DNA of 64,000 bases from Eledone cirrhosa (taxonomy: Eukaryota). A model generated the notes under the pieces. The model ran no database searches and had not been told where the DNA came from. It was given only the letters and a program-made list of their open reading frames with translations. Shown here in pieces: positions 28,697 through 40,775 of this stretch. Location: contig OZ024744.1 of assembly GCA_964016885.1 (NCBI GenBank), positions 16,988,001 to 17,052,000 on the forward strand, given 5' to 3'. Within the stretch, counting starts at the first letter, position 1, and each line of letters opens with the position of its first letter. The position numbers and the translations under genes are program-made.

Positions 28697-31600
28697 TATA
28701 GTAATAATAATAAAATTGAAGACTAAAATCCAAAGAGGGCTCGATAAGGATAAATATATATCAAATATATAAGAACCGTAGAGCAAATATTTATTAAAAT
28801 AACAGATTAAAGTTTAAGCAAAGAATCGCTGCTTTCACATTTAACGGGATCTTCTGAAACTAACAAAGTCAATCTGTAAACGCAGAACTGGATATTTCAA
28901 AAAACGTTGCAACCGGAGGAAGACAGGAAGAGGATACTTTGGTTCGTGGTAACGTTCGCTGGCAAAGAACGGAAAAAAAAACGAATAATACGTCATTAAT
29001 AGGAGCGGTGAAAAACAATTACGCGCAATGGTATAAAAGAGGTCGTGGACTTATGTTCTCTTAGGTGGTGCATAGAGACGTTCTCTGGCAATGAACGAAA
29101 AAACGAAGATAATAAGTCATATGTGGAGCGTGGAGAACAATAGCACGCAAAGACAAAACCACGTAAATGGTATAGCAGAAGTCATAGACTAAAATTCTAA
29201 CTAGGAGACCAAATGAATCTCTGCTACAGAGTTAAGAACAAAGTAAATAAATACAATACAGAAGTAATAGAAATAAATAAATACATACACGCAAACAAAT
29301 ACGTACATACACAAGCATACGCAAAACCTTACCATCGGTATACAAAACCACGCACATATAAATATGTCTGTGTGTATATGCTTGTGTACAAATAAATAAA
29401 TAATTATATAAACGTATATAAGTAAATAAATACGTATATAACAAGCGCACACACATACCTACATATAAATACACGAATGTTCGGAGACGTAAGTCAACTA
29501 AAACAAGAAGTACACATATACACAAAGCCACCATACGTACGAACCTGCATACTCACGCAGACGCAAAACTCCCGTATACACATAGCCAAACCCTAAATAC
29601 CAGAATATATAAAAATTATACGCCATAACAATCAGATATACGTACTAGAAGGTATACATACCTTCACAAAACATACGGGTAATATATACTTACCTATGCA
29701 AATAAGTAAAGGAATAAACAAAACTTATACTTAGCTCCCACATCAAGACGTAAAATATCGACGTATAGATCGTACTATCCGTTAGGGTATAACGTGGGGC
29801 TGTAATACAGGAAGGTTTTGAGCAATTTATGTTTACAAGCCGAAATTGCCTCAGATTTTTTGTTTAAGATGTGGTCTGTGGCGTAGTGTATTTCCAGGGC
29901 CTCAGCGGCGCAGAGGTCACATGGTCTTTTATTTCCGTTATACGATCTAGCCCTAGCTAGGATCTCCCAGTGTAACTTATATTGGGTGTGGTTGTCTTTT
30001 AGACTCCAGATATAAGCTGAAAGTGACGTCATATTCCTTCTTAGAGTGTAACGAAAAGAATGGGTATGCATTTAAAGACGCTGCTTGAAACTATTGGCGG
30101 TTAACCTTATGTAGGCCCTACGGGACGTGGGTGTTACAACCTTACATTTGTAGACAATGTTACTAGAGAGGCATTTCCCGGATAGGGGGCAATCAGCCCG
30201 ATTCCTACAATTACAGTTAGTACTAACTACAGGGTTGCACGTGTTCCTACGGCTAGGTAGTTTAGCTAAATTTGAAGCTGTGATGTTATGTGCAAGGTTA
30301 GGAGTAGTCGAGTAAGAAATTTTAATAGTATTTCTATTAAAAATGTTACTATATTTATGTGTAGTGGGAAAATGCTTCATAATAAGTGAAAGAAAGATCT
30401 TAGCTAATGGTGTGGCCACCTCCATATTATATGGTGGGTTAAACCAACAAATGCGACAGGATCTATTTCTTCTAGGTCTATAATCGTACTCTGTATATGC
30501 TACCTTATCGACAAATCCACTTCGAGCAAGAGCTTCATTGTAATAAGTGGAATGGTCGTTGAAAATGCGCTCGTTGGTGGAAAGATGGGAAAGCCTCAAC
30601 GAAACGTTTCTTACCAGGTTCTTGGTTATGCTGGCAGGATGGTTGGAATGCTTACTTATGTAATTAAGCGTATCATTCGGCTTTCTATACGGGTAATACA
30701 ACCCATTCAATAAATTGAGGGTAACGTCGAGGTAATTAACGACCGAGAGATTGGCCTCAACCTGTATAGAGAGGTTGAAGCCTTTAAAGAAGGCTGTGAG
30801 TTCTTTTCTGAACCTGTCGCAAGCACGAGGTCCGCACTGAGTCATGGTCAAAAGACAATCGTCACGGTACAAACCACCACCGCGTTGGGGAATTCGTCCT
30901 TGATAGAGAAAAGAAGGAAAAGGCCAATATGATCAGTAACCTCCGCAGAGTCACTGGCGCCCATACTCACGTCGAATGGGGTACTATTGGATTTTTTAAT
31001 CGAAATAGAGTCGTCAAAATTAATCACCGACTTTCGGGCATTAAGGATGACATCAACTTCAAAATCCTTAACCACTGTGAGTGTTTTAGCGAAATTGATA
31101 GCTCTAAGGAGAAGTGGTAAAGTGATGGAGGAGTAGTAATTGTTGATGTCGAATTGGATAAAACGGCAATATTCCTTGTTACATATGCCGTTGAACCAAT
31201 CAATCACTGCGAAAGAATTGTTCCACAGTGCGAGAGGGGCCAAACTTCTAATTTCAGGTATAATTCTATCAAGAATCGTTTTACTAAGTCTACCTAAATC
31301 GGACTTCGTAGGGTTAATAAGCCGAATAGAGGGGTTGTTCGGAAAATTGGATTTGTGATCCTTCAGGGTAAAGTGGGGAGAAATAGGGTCCAGAGGTTCG
31401 GTCCGGTCCAGGATGTTGAGATCAGATGTGATTTTAAACCCAGCCTCGTTGATTTCATTGATGACGCACCGATTAGTTTTACGGTAATCCTTAATTACAG
31501 CATTATGTAGTAGTTGATGGTAAGTACTGCGCTCCACTTGATATAGGTTGCCAGTTTTGTCGGAATGGACGTGCACGGCATTAGAATCCTTAATAGAACG

Positions 31601-31770
31601 AATTCTATCCTTCAGGTCTTGCTGGAAGGAATTGCTCCTATTCCGAAATTTGATACTCCGAATGAGTTCCAAGACATCATTTTCGAAGGGTAGCATTGCT
31701 GGGTTCCACGAGGGGTTATTATAAGTTTTAAATCCAAATTTATTCTGTTTGTTGTCTGCTTTTCGCGGAT
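28697..31770 (-). mobile_element. Naiad-type Penelope element, copy 1 (5'-truncated)
   Basis: RT (FDINNYYSSI, MGA, YRDD), CNCRNRADCPLSGKC linker, GIY-YIG; frameshift near 30880, TAA at 30072-30074; pLTR hammerhead at 28802-28877. Confidence 0.95.
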
Positions 31771-31789
31771 ACTTGAACTTCTCCACCTA

Positions 31790-33140
31790 CTTCAGTGGAA
31801 CTCAATTTACATGTAGAGTGCAATGCGCAGGTGGTTCAGTTTTCGCAGTACTGCTTCAACTATTAAGTGTTGCGAGTGAAATAAGCTTTGTGTAGCACCA
31901 GATGTCAGGAGGACCCCTTGGTTCAATTAAGAGGTCAAGGATGCCATCCGAGTAAAGAAAGTGGCTTACAAAGCTTGGCTTGGAATCAAGTCCTCCTTCT
32001 TGCACGCTGTACAAGCAGGCTCGAAAAGTCGCAGCAGAGACAATAAAAGTATCCAAAGTTAAGACATGGGAGGAATTGGGGGTTAAGTTGGAATCCGACT
32101 TCAGAATAGTAAATAAAGTGTTCTGGTAAATCATCCGCCGACTTCATTATAAGAAGCCCTCCTCCACATCTGCTATCAAGAACGCGTCTGGGGTTTCCCT
32201 CTGTTTATAGAGGTGCATCTTTGCGGGTGGAGAGAATACTTTGCTGACCTCCTAAAACCCGATCACAGCAACATCTTCTGATGTATACGAGGTGCAGCAG
32301 GGAGCGGTGACTAATCTCTCAGAGACTGAGGTCACAAGAACAGTTAATTTGCTCAAATGTGGCAAGGCCGCTGGGGAAGACAAAATCCGGTCCGGGATGT
32401 TAAAAGCCTTAAATAGAGAGAGTATTCTCTGACTCATTCGTGTGTGTCGGGTGGCTTGGATCTCTGTATGGGTACTTAAGGAATCGTAATCGGGAGTGAT
32501 AATCCCAATTTTCATAGAGGGAGACGACAAAGATCCCTCTAATTATAGAGGGATCACCTTGTTAAGCCTCCCTGGTAAAGTCTATTGTAAGTGTTTGATA
32601 AAGAGGTGTAGGGAGATTGTCGAGTTCAAGCTAGCTAATGAACAGTGTGAATTTTTCGTCGGACACAGTACAGCCGACCTAATATTCACACTGCGACAGG
32701 TCTTCGAGAAATCGTAGGAGTATTGCCAAGGGGTATATTCTTGTTTTGTAGACATTGAGAAGGTAGACGACCGTATTGCTCGGGACCTGCAGTGGAAGAC
32801 TATGGGAGTATGGGATTGATGGTCAGCTTCTTATTGCCCTAATGTCTTCATACGAATGCTCAAATATGTGTTCGGATAAATGGTGCTAAATCGAAACCAT
32901 TCAATGTGCATGTTGGACTCCACCAAGGGTGCGTACTGTCACCTCTCCTGTTCTTATTTACTTGAACAGGATTGACATGGGCAGCCGGGTTTGGAAGTCG
33001 AATCATGACTCGTGTGTCTAAAATCAGTTAGCTGTAATTTGCAGACGACATAGTGTTACATAACTCGACAGAATGTGATCTCCGACTTGCGCCTGATAGT
33101 TTTGATACCGAGTGCTGTCTGGTTGGAATATAAATCTGTG
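31790..33140 (+). pseudogene. Degraded RTE-clade LINE reverse transcriptase
   Basis: GKAAGEDKI..MLK, IIPIF..GD...SNYRGITLLSLPGKVY, later GL.QGCVLSPLLF and FADD remnants; many stops. Confidence 0.85.
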
Positions 33141-33560
33141 CAACATCTATATAGTTACCTTTTGTTTATCTAATCAGGTACTAGAGTAAAAGTTTTGTTT
33201 GGAACTTTATTAATTTTATATTGCTCAGATATTTCAAATAAGGTATTGTCCTTTAAAATTCAACATATTGTTATTTAACGGTGTCGGTTTGTTTAAGTTC
33301 CTTGCCTAAAAACTTAACATACTGTCTCACACATTTATAAATATCTATATATTGGTTTTACTAAAGGAACATTTATGAAAGACTAATATTTGGTTTGATT
33401 TAGGACATGTTTAGTTAGAATCAGTTTATTTCACTATAATTTGGTATTTCTTCCTATTTTACTTTCCCTTCCACCTCTATTAGTATTCCTCTAGAGTTAT
33501 ATTAAAGTGTATATAGATAACATTAAAACAAAATACAAAAATATTAGGAATAACTATAAT

Positions 33561-33751
33561 TGTTTCTACTTTAGGCACAAGGCCAGCAATTACTCAGTGC
33601 ATTACTGGTACTTTATTTTATCGACCCCGTAAGGATGAAAGGCAAAGTTAACCTCGGCGGGATTTGAACTCAGATCGTAAAGGGACGTAACTACGCTGGA
33701 AAGCATGGCGTCCGACCCTCTACCGATACTGCCAATCCACCGCCCTATAGT
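33561..33751 (-). mobile_element. Full-length tRNA/Nin-domain SINE with 12-bp TSD
   Basis: A box TGGCAGTATCGG, B box GAGTTCAAATCC, Nin core; AATAACTATAAT at 33549-33560 and 33752-33763. Confidence 0.9.
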
Positions 33752-33865
33752 AATAACTATAATGGTAGTTCGTAGATCTTTTGGAAGTTGAGTTTACTGA
33801 TTTACAAATTCATTTGGAGAAATATTCGGAACTCTTCTTTTTTTATATATATATATATATATATA

Positions 33866-36800
33866 TATTTATTAAAATAACAGATTAAAGTTTAAGCAAA
33901 GAATCGCTGCTTTCACCCTTAACGGGATTTTCTGAAACTAACAAAACCAATCTGTAAACGCAGAACTGGATATTTCAAAAAACGTTGCAACCGGAGGAAG
34001 ACAGGAAGACGATACTTTGGTTCGTGGTAACGTTCGCTGGCAAAGAACGGGAAAAAACGAATAATACGTCTTTAATAGGAGCGGTGAAAAACAATTACGC
34101 GCAAAGACAAAACCACGTTTATGGTATAAAAGAGGTCGTAGACTAATGTTCTCTTAGGTGGTGCATAGAGACGTTCTCTGGCAATGAACGAAAAAACGAA
34201 GATAATAAGTCATATGTGAAGCGTGAAGAACAATAGCACGCAAAGACAAAACCACGTAAATGGTATAGCAGAAATCGTAGACTAAAATTCTAACTAGGAG
34301 ACCAAATGAATCTCCGCTACAGAGTTAAGAACAAAGTAAATAAATACAATACAGAAGTAATAGAAACAAATAAATACATACACGCAAACAGATACGTACA
34401 TACACAAGCATACGCAAAACCTTACCATGGGTATACAAAACCACGCACATATAAATATGTGTGTGTGTGTATGCTTGCGTACAAATAAATAAATAATTAT
34501 ATAAACGTATATAAGTAAATAAATACGTATATAACAAGCGCACACGCATACCTACATATAAATACACGAATGTTCGGAGACGTAAGTCAACTAAAACAAG
34601 AAGTACACATATACACCCCCCACCATACGTGCGAAACTGCACACTCACGCGGACACAAAACTCCCGTATACACATAGCAAAACCCTAAATACCAGAATAT
34701 GTAAAAATTATACGCTATAACAGTCAAATATACGTACGAGAAGGTATACATACCTTCACAAAACATACGGGTAATATATACTTACCTATGCAAATAAGTG
34801 AAGGAATAAACAAAACATATACTTAGCTCCCACATCAAGACGTAAAATATCGACGTATAGATCGTGCTATCCGTTAGGGTATAACGTAGCGCTGTAATAC
34901 AGGAAAGTTTTGTGCAATTTATGTTTACAGGCCGAAATTGCCTCAGATCTTTTGTTTAAGATGTGGTCTGTAGCGTAGAGTATTTCCAGGGCCTCAGCGG
35001 CGCAGAGGTCACATGGTCTTTTATTTCCGTTATACGATCTAGCCCTAGCTAGGATCTCCCAGTGTAAATTATATTGGGTGTGGCTGTCTTTTAGAATCCA
35101 GATATAAGCTGAAAGTGACGTCATATTCCTTCTTAGAGGGTAACGAAAAGAATGGGTATGCATTTAAAGACGCTGCTTGAAACTATTGGCGGTTAACCCT
35201 ATGTAGGCCCTACGGGACGTGGGTGTTACAACCTTACATTTGTAGACAATGTTACTAGAGAGGCATTTCCCGGATAGGGGGCAATCAGCCCGATTCCTAC
35301 AATTACAGTTAGTACTAACTACAGTGTTGCACGTGTTCCTACGGCTAGGTAGTTTAGCTAAATCTGAAGCTGTGATGTTATGTGCAAGGCTAGGAGTCGT
35401 CGAGTAAGAAATTTTAATAGTATTTCTATTAAAAATTTTACTATGTTTATGTGTAGGGGGAAAATGCTTCGTAATAAGGGAAAGAAAGATCTTGGCTAAT
35501 GGTGTGGCCACCTCCATATTATATGGTGGGTTAAACCAACAAATGCGACGGGATCTATTTCTTCTAGGTCTATTTTCGCACTCTGTATATGCTACCTTAT
35601 CGACAAATCCACTTCGAGCAAGAGCTTCATTGTAATAAGTGGAATGGTCGTTGAAAATGCGCTCGTTGGTGGAAAGATGGGAAAGCCTCAACGAAACGTT
35701 TCTTACCAGGTTCTTGGTTATGCTGGCAGGATGGTTGGAATGCTTACTTATGTAATTAAGCGTATCATTCGGCTTTCTATACGGGTAATACAACCCATTC
35801 AATAAATTGAGGGTAACGTCGAGGTAATTAACGACCGAGAGATTGGCCTCAACCTGTATAGAGAGGTTGAAGCCTTTAAAGAAGGCTGTGAGTTCTTTTC
35901 TGAACCTGTCGCAAGCACGAGGTCCGCACTTAGTCATGGTCAAAAGACCATCGTCACGGTACAAACCACCGCCCACGTTGGGTAATTCGTCCTTGATAGA
36001 GAAAAGAAGGAAAAGGCCAATATGATCAGTAACCTCCGCAGAGTCACTGGCGCCCATACTCACGTCGAATGGGGTACTATTGGATTTTTTAATCGAAATA
36101 GAGTCGTCGAAATTAATCACCGACTTTCGGGCATTAAGGATGACATCAACTTCAAAATCCTTAACCACTGTGAGTGTTTTAGCGAAATTGATAGCTCTAA
36201 GGAGAAGTGGTAAAGTGATGGAGGAGTAGTAATTGTTGATGTCGAATTGGATAAAACGGCAATGTTCCTTGTTACATATGCCGTTGAACCAATCAATCAC
36301 TGCGAAAGAATTGTTCCACAGTGCGAGAGGGGCCAAACTTCTAATTTCAGGTATAATTCTATCAAGAATCGTTTTACTAAGTCTACCTAAATCGGACTTC
36401 GTAGGGTTAATAAGCCGAATAGAGGGGTTGTTCGGAAAATTGGATTTGTGATCCTTCAGGGTAAAGTGGGGAGAAATAGGGTCCAGAGGTTCGGTCCGGT
36501 CCAGGATGTTGAGATCAGATGTGATTTTAAACCCAGCCTCGTTGATTTCATTGATGACGCACCGATTAGTTTTACGGTAATCCTTAATTACAGCATTATG
36601 TAGTAGTTGATTGTAAGTACTGCGCTCCACTTGATATAGGTTGCCAGTTTTTGTCGGAATGGACGTGCACGGCGTTAGAATCCTTTATAGAACGAATTCT
36701 ATTCTTCAGGTCTTGCTGGAAGGAATTGCTCCTATTCCGAAATTTGATATTCCGAATGAGTTCCAAGACATCATTTTCGAAGGCTAGCAATGCTGGGTTC

Positions 36801-37215
36801 CACGGAGGGTTATTATAAGTTTTAAATCCAAATTTATCCTGTTTGTTGTCTGCTTTTCGCGGATTATCGAAATAAAAGGCACGCCAACGCAACCTTTTAA
36901 TGAACGCGTCTGTTTTCTGTATCATGAGTTTTAGGTATGTTTTCCTGCTTGGTACGGGTATTTTCTTTGTAGAAATATTCAGATGTTGTTTCTGCATGAT
37001 GAATATAAGTCAGTAGAGTGCTCAACCGAAGGAGAAAAATAGTAATAATAATAAAATTGAAGACTAAAATCCAAAGAGGGTTCGATAAGGAAAATATATA
37101 TCAAATATATAAGAACCGTAGAGCAAATATTTATTAAAATAACAGATTAAAGTTTAAGCAAAGAATCGCTGCTTTCACCCTTAACGGGAATTTCTGAAAC
37201 TAACAAAGTCAATCT
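33866..37215 (-). mobile_element. Near full-length Naiad-type Penelope element, copy 2, with direct pLTRs
   Basis: 33866-33955 is repeated at 37128-37215, both covering the hammerhead; complete ORF in between; (TA)n on both sides. Confidence 0.95.
34867..36997 (-). pseudogene. Naiad RT/GIY-YIG polyprotein (~710 codons) with one frameshift and one in-frame TAA
   Basis: STKKIP..IKRLRWRA N-terminus, LYRDDGL, CxCx5CPx4C, NIVY..YIG; extra T in the run at 36648-36652 (copy 1 has 4 T); TAA at 35164-35166. Confidence 0.9.
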
Positions 37216-37234
37216 ATATATATCTATCTATCTA

Positions 37235-37292
<58 letters not shown>

Positions 37293-37483
37293 ATAGTTGC
37301 AATAAATACGTCCGTAGGCGGAGGCCGGTTGAGCACTCGATGCTCGCGCAGAGCAGAGTATATTATTCTAGATAACGAGGAATCAATGATGCATCAAAAC
37401 ACAATTTAACATATTACATATCTTTCTCCGAGCGATCAGCTCAGGGCAGGATCTGTAACAGATCCTACTGATTCCTCGTTATG

Positions 37484-37542
<59 letters not shown>

Positions 37543-37545
<3 letters not shown>

Positions 37546-38125
37546 TTTTCTTTATTAACCACAAGGGTTTACATAAAGTAGACATTAAGGACAGTACAGG
37601 ACAATACAGGACGGTAAAAATGGGCATTTCTGCGTGTAAAAAAAAACAGAGGATGTAATAAAAATAACAATGAAAAATTCCCCAATAGGGGGGAGACTTC
37701 CGAGGGACGTTTGTGGAGAAAGCCCATTAAAATACCACAGTGACCCTGACCACCAGGGCAAGTGCCCTCTCCCAGTTTTCCACCTTTAATTTAAAGACAC
37801 ATACTCAGAGTAGGCCCATTCAGTCGGGCCATACTTGCCTCTCACACCCATATTTCAACAAAATGCTGGGAAGAGAGCACTTCCCTCTCTACTCTGATTT
37901 TCCTTTTCAAATGAAATTTGAAAACGTTAATCAGGGCATCACCGAAGAGGTAAGTGCTCGTCTTCAGCCCTTTCAAACGTGTCCACCATACTATCTCTTT
38001 CACCATGGCCACCAGGCAGATAAAAACTGCCTGCCCTTCCCGCCTAAAGGAAGAGGGCAGGGCAATCCTCATGATGGTCTCAGCTGATAGCTGGATCCGT
38101 CCTACACGCGACAGCAGGTGTTTGA
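37543..38125 (-). mobile_element. 3' fragment of a Tx1/L1-like element
   Basis: EGQAVFICLVAMVKEIVWWTRLKGLK; (AAT)n on both sides. Confidence 0.85.
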
Positions 38126-38144
38126 CATAATAATAATAATAATA

Positions 38145-38840
38145 GTGGCTGAAACACCATATTTACAAGGAGGAGACTAGCCCACTGTGCAGGATCTGTG
38201 GAGAGAGAGAGAGGAGACTGTGGCTCACATTGTATCCGAGTGTAAACACCTAGCCCAGACTCACTATAAAGGCTGGAGACATGATGTGATGGGCAGGGTG
38301 ATCCACTGGCACCTATGCAATGTAAACAATTTACCACATTCTGAGAAGTGGTATGAATATAAGCCAGAGTCGGTGATAGAAAACGATCAGATGAAGGTGC
38401 TGTGGGATTTTAGGATACAGACGGACAAGACACTGGAACACAATAGACCTGACCTGGTGGTTTTGGACAAGGAAACGAGATCGTGCCTGATTGTGAATGT
38501 GGCCTGCCCATTCGGCACGAGAGTGCAAGAGAAGGAGGGGGAGAAAATTAACCGATTCCAGGACTTAAAGTGGGAGGTAAAACGGATTTGGAACTGCCAT
38601 GAAGTCAAAGTGGTCCCGATTGTCATAGGCGCACTAGGTACTATCTCAAAAGGTTTCCAGGGATGGTTAATGAAAATTGGTCCCGCCCCGCTTTTTGGAA
38701 CACTTCAAAAGGCATGCTTGCTGGGAACAGCAAAAACCCTCCGATGCGTCCTGAATATCTGAGGCTGCAGGTAGTGGCTTGATATTCATTTCAACAAACT
38801 TTCCAGTTAAATAACATCAATGACTGAGACTCAAAGAACA
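38145..38840 (+). mobile_element. R4/Dong-like RLE element, family A, short 5'-truncated copy
   Basis: CRICG..ETVAHIVSEC knuckle, RHD, HNRPDLVV..ACP..EK, VIGALG; (AAT)n flanks. Confidence 0.9.
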
Positions 38841-38896
38841 ATAATAATAATAATTGTTTCTACTTGTGGCACAAAGAACAATAATAATTATAACTG

Positions 38897-40712
38897 CTTC
38901 ACTTTTGAAGGGCGAAGCTAAGGGCTATTTTGTTTTTTTGTGCAGACCATTTGCCACTTCGCTCCCGCCTCAACTCCATGACGGATTCCGTGCCGTCGGG
39001 GATGGGTATGTGCTCCACTGCTATTGGTGGTGGTAGTGGAGCCATCTCCGGCAATTTTGTTGCTGATGCAGCTACTGCAAATGTAGCAATTGGTGTTTCC
39101 GCCACTGATGCTGCTGCTTTAGTTGTCCGTGGCCTTGGTACGGGTGCCACGGACGTTGCCTTTCTACTCACCGTGGAAGGGGCTTCTGCGTTTGTTGCCT
39201 GCCCTGCTCTTGGTAGCAGTGGACCAGGTATTGGAAGTAGAGAGGCCTTCTTCTTCGCTGTCTTCTGCGGCAAAAGGCCCTGAGGTGACCCTTTGACCCA
39301 CAGAGATAACATTTTGGCCGTCTTCCTTCTACGCTTATAGGGAGTTGGAGTCCTTCCTCAACCTCTATGATATCGGGGATAGCGTCGATACATTCCTGGT
39401 CAGTTTGTATAAGCATTTGCATGCCTATACCAGACCAGTTCTCTCTCCCTATTTTCTATACTTGCAGCATGGCCGTCCTGTCTTCGATTCCAGCAAGGAC
39501 AGACGCGGCCAGCCAGGGTATGGGCAGGTCGGGTGGGACCTGGGTCACTTTGACCCTCACAATTTTCTGTCCGCAGTAGGAGGGCACCAAGACTATCTCC
39601 TCACTCTTTAGGGTTTCCAAAGCGTGAGACTTCGCTTCTTGGGGGGTGGCGAAAAGTACGTCTACTGTGGCGTACTTTCTGCCTCGGGTGATGTGGGTTT
39701 TGCGTGTCCAAACGCATCTCAAGGCCTTTTGGATTTGAGCCTCCGTGGCTCTCTCTACCCGATGTGGGATTTTGCTTACGGTGCGGTAAGTCACCGTCCG
39801 TAGCTGTGGGTCCTTGAAAAAATCGGGTGGAGGTTTCAGGGAGACTCTATTGGCGCTTCTCGTCACCATGGCCCTAGCAACTGCCATCTCCTCCTCTGTG
39901 ACTAACACTGTCTCGATATTTCGGGCGACACCTGCAAAAGAAGTGGTCCCTTTTTCAGCAGCACCACTATTGCTGCCGTTACTGGTCTTACTGGTGGTAC
40001 TGAGATCGCTATTACAGGTATCGATGTCATTGTTGATGTTTTCGTTGGTACTGTTGTTGCTGTTGTTGTTGTTGTTTTCGTTGTTGCTGCTGTTACTGTT
40101 ATTGTGGTTGTTGTTATTGTTGTTTTTGTTGATACTGTTCCTACTATTATTGTTGTTGTGGCTGTTGTTATTGTCATTGTTATCGACCTTACCGCTGTTA
40201 TTTTTGTTGTTGCTGTTGTTATTGATGTGTTGTTGTTGGTGTTATTTTTGGTGTTATTGTTGGTGTTATTGATGGTGTTGTTGTTGGTGGTGTTGTTGTT
40301 GCTGTTGTTATTTATGGTGTTGTTTGTGTTAGAAATATTTGGTCATTTTAAATCTGTAACAATATCATTAAAAATGATATTGTTCCTCTTTTCCTTCGTA
40401 ATATTTTCTTTTATATTTACCTTCACTAGAACGCTGTCTTGTTGACATGTTGACAAAGTCTCCCTCTCTCTGTGTTGTCTGACAGCGCTCTCTCTCTTTC
40501 TTGTGTTATCCATGTTGAAATTTTTTTCTTTCAAAAAATATTTTTACACAAATACGACACCCCATAAAGGGGTGCCGTATCATTTACGAGTGAACCCCTG
40601 TATAAGGTGGGTCACTTCTTCTAAACCTTTATCAAATTTAAAACTTGAATAAAAGGTTTAGAACGGTTGAAATCGAGGTAAAACGTTGAAAAAAACTGGA
40701 GGCAATAAGAAG
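38897..40712 (-). mobile_element. 5' part (5' UTR plus ORF1) of a Tx1/L1-like element, ORF2 absent
   Basis: CYLCGSKGHLRAFC knuckle; close homologue of ORF1 at 62760-63860. Confidence 0.85.
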
Positions 40713-40736
40713 CGTGGCTTTGCCAACAACAACAAC

Positions 40737-40774
<38 letters not shown>

Positions 40775-40775
<1 letters not shown>

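Noticed and set aside
33650-33751. tRNA gene
   Set aside because: The A and B boxes belong to a SINE head; no complete cloverleaf, and it continues into the Nin domain.
39814-40445. Leu/Val-rich membrane-like ORFs on + (also at 51.7 and 62.5 kb)
   Set aside because: Antisense reading of the Thr/Asn-rich low-complexity parts of Tx1 ORF1.
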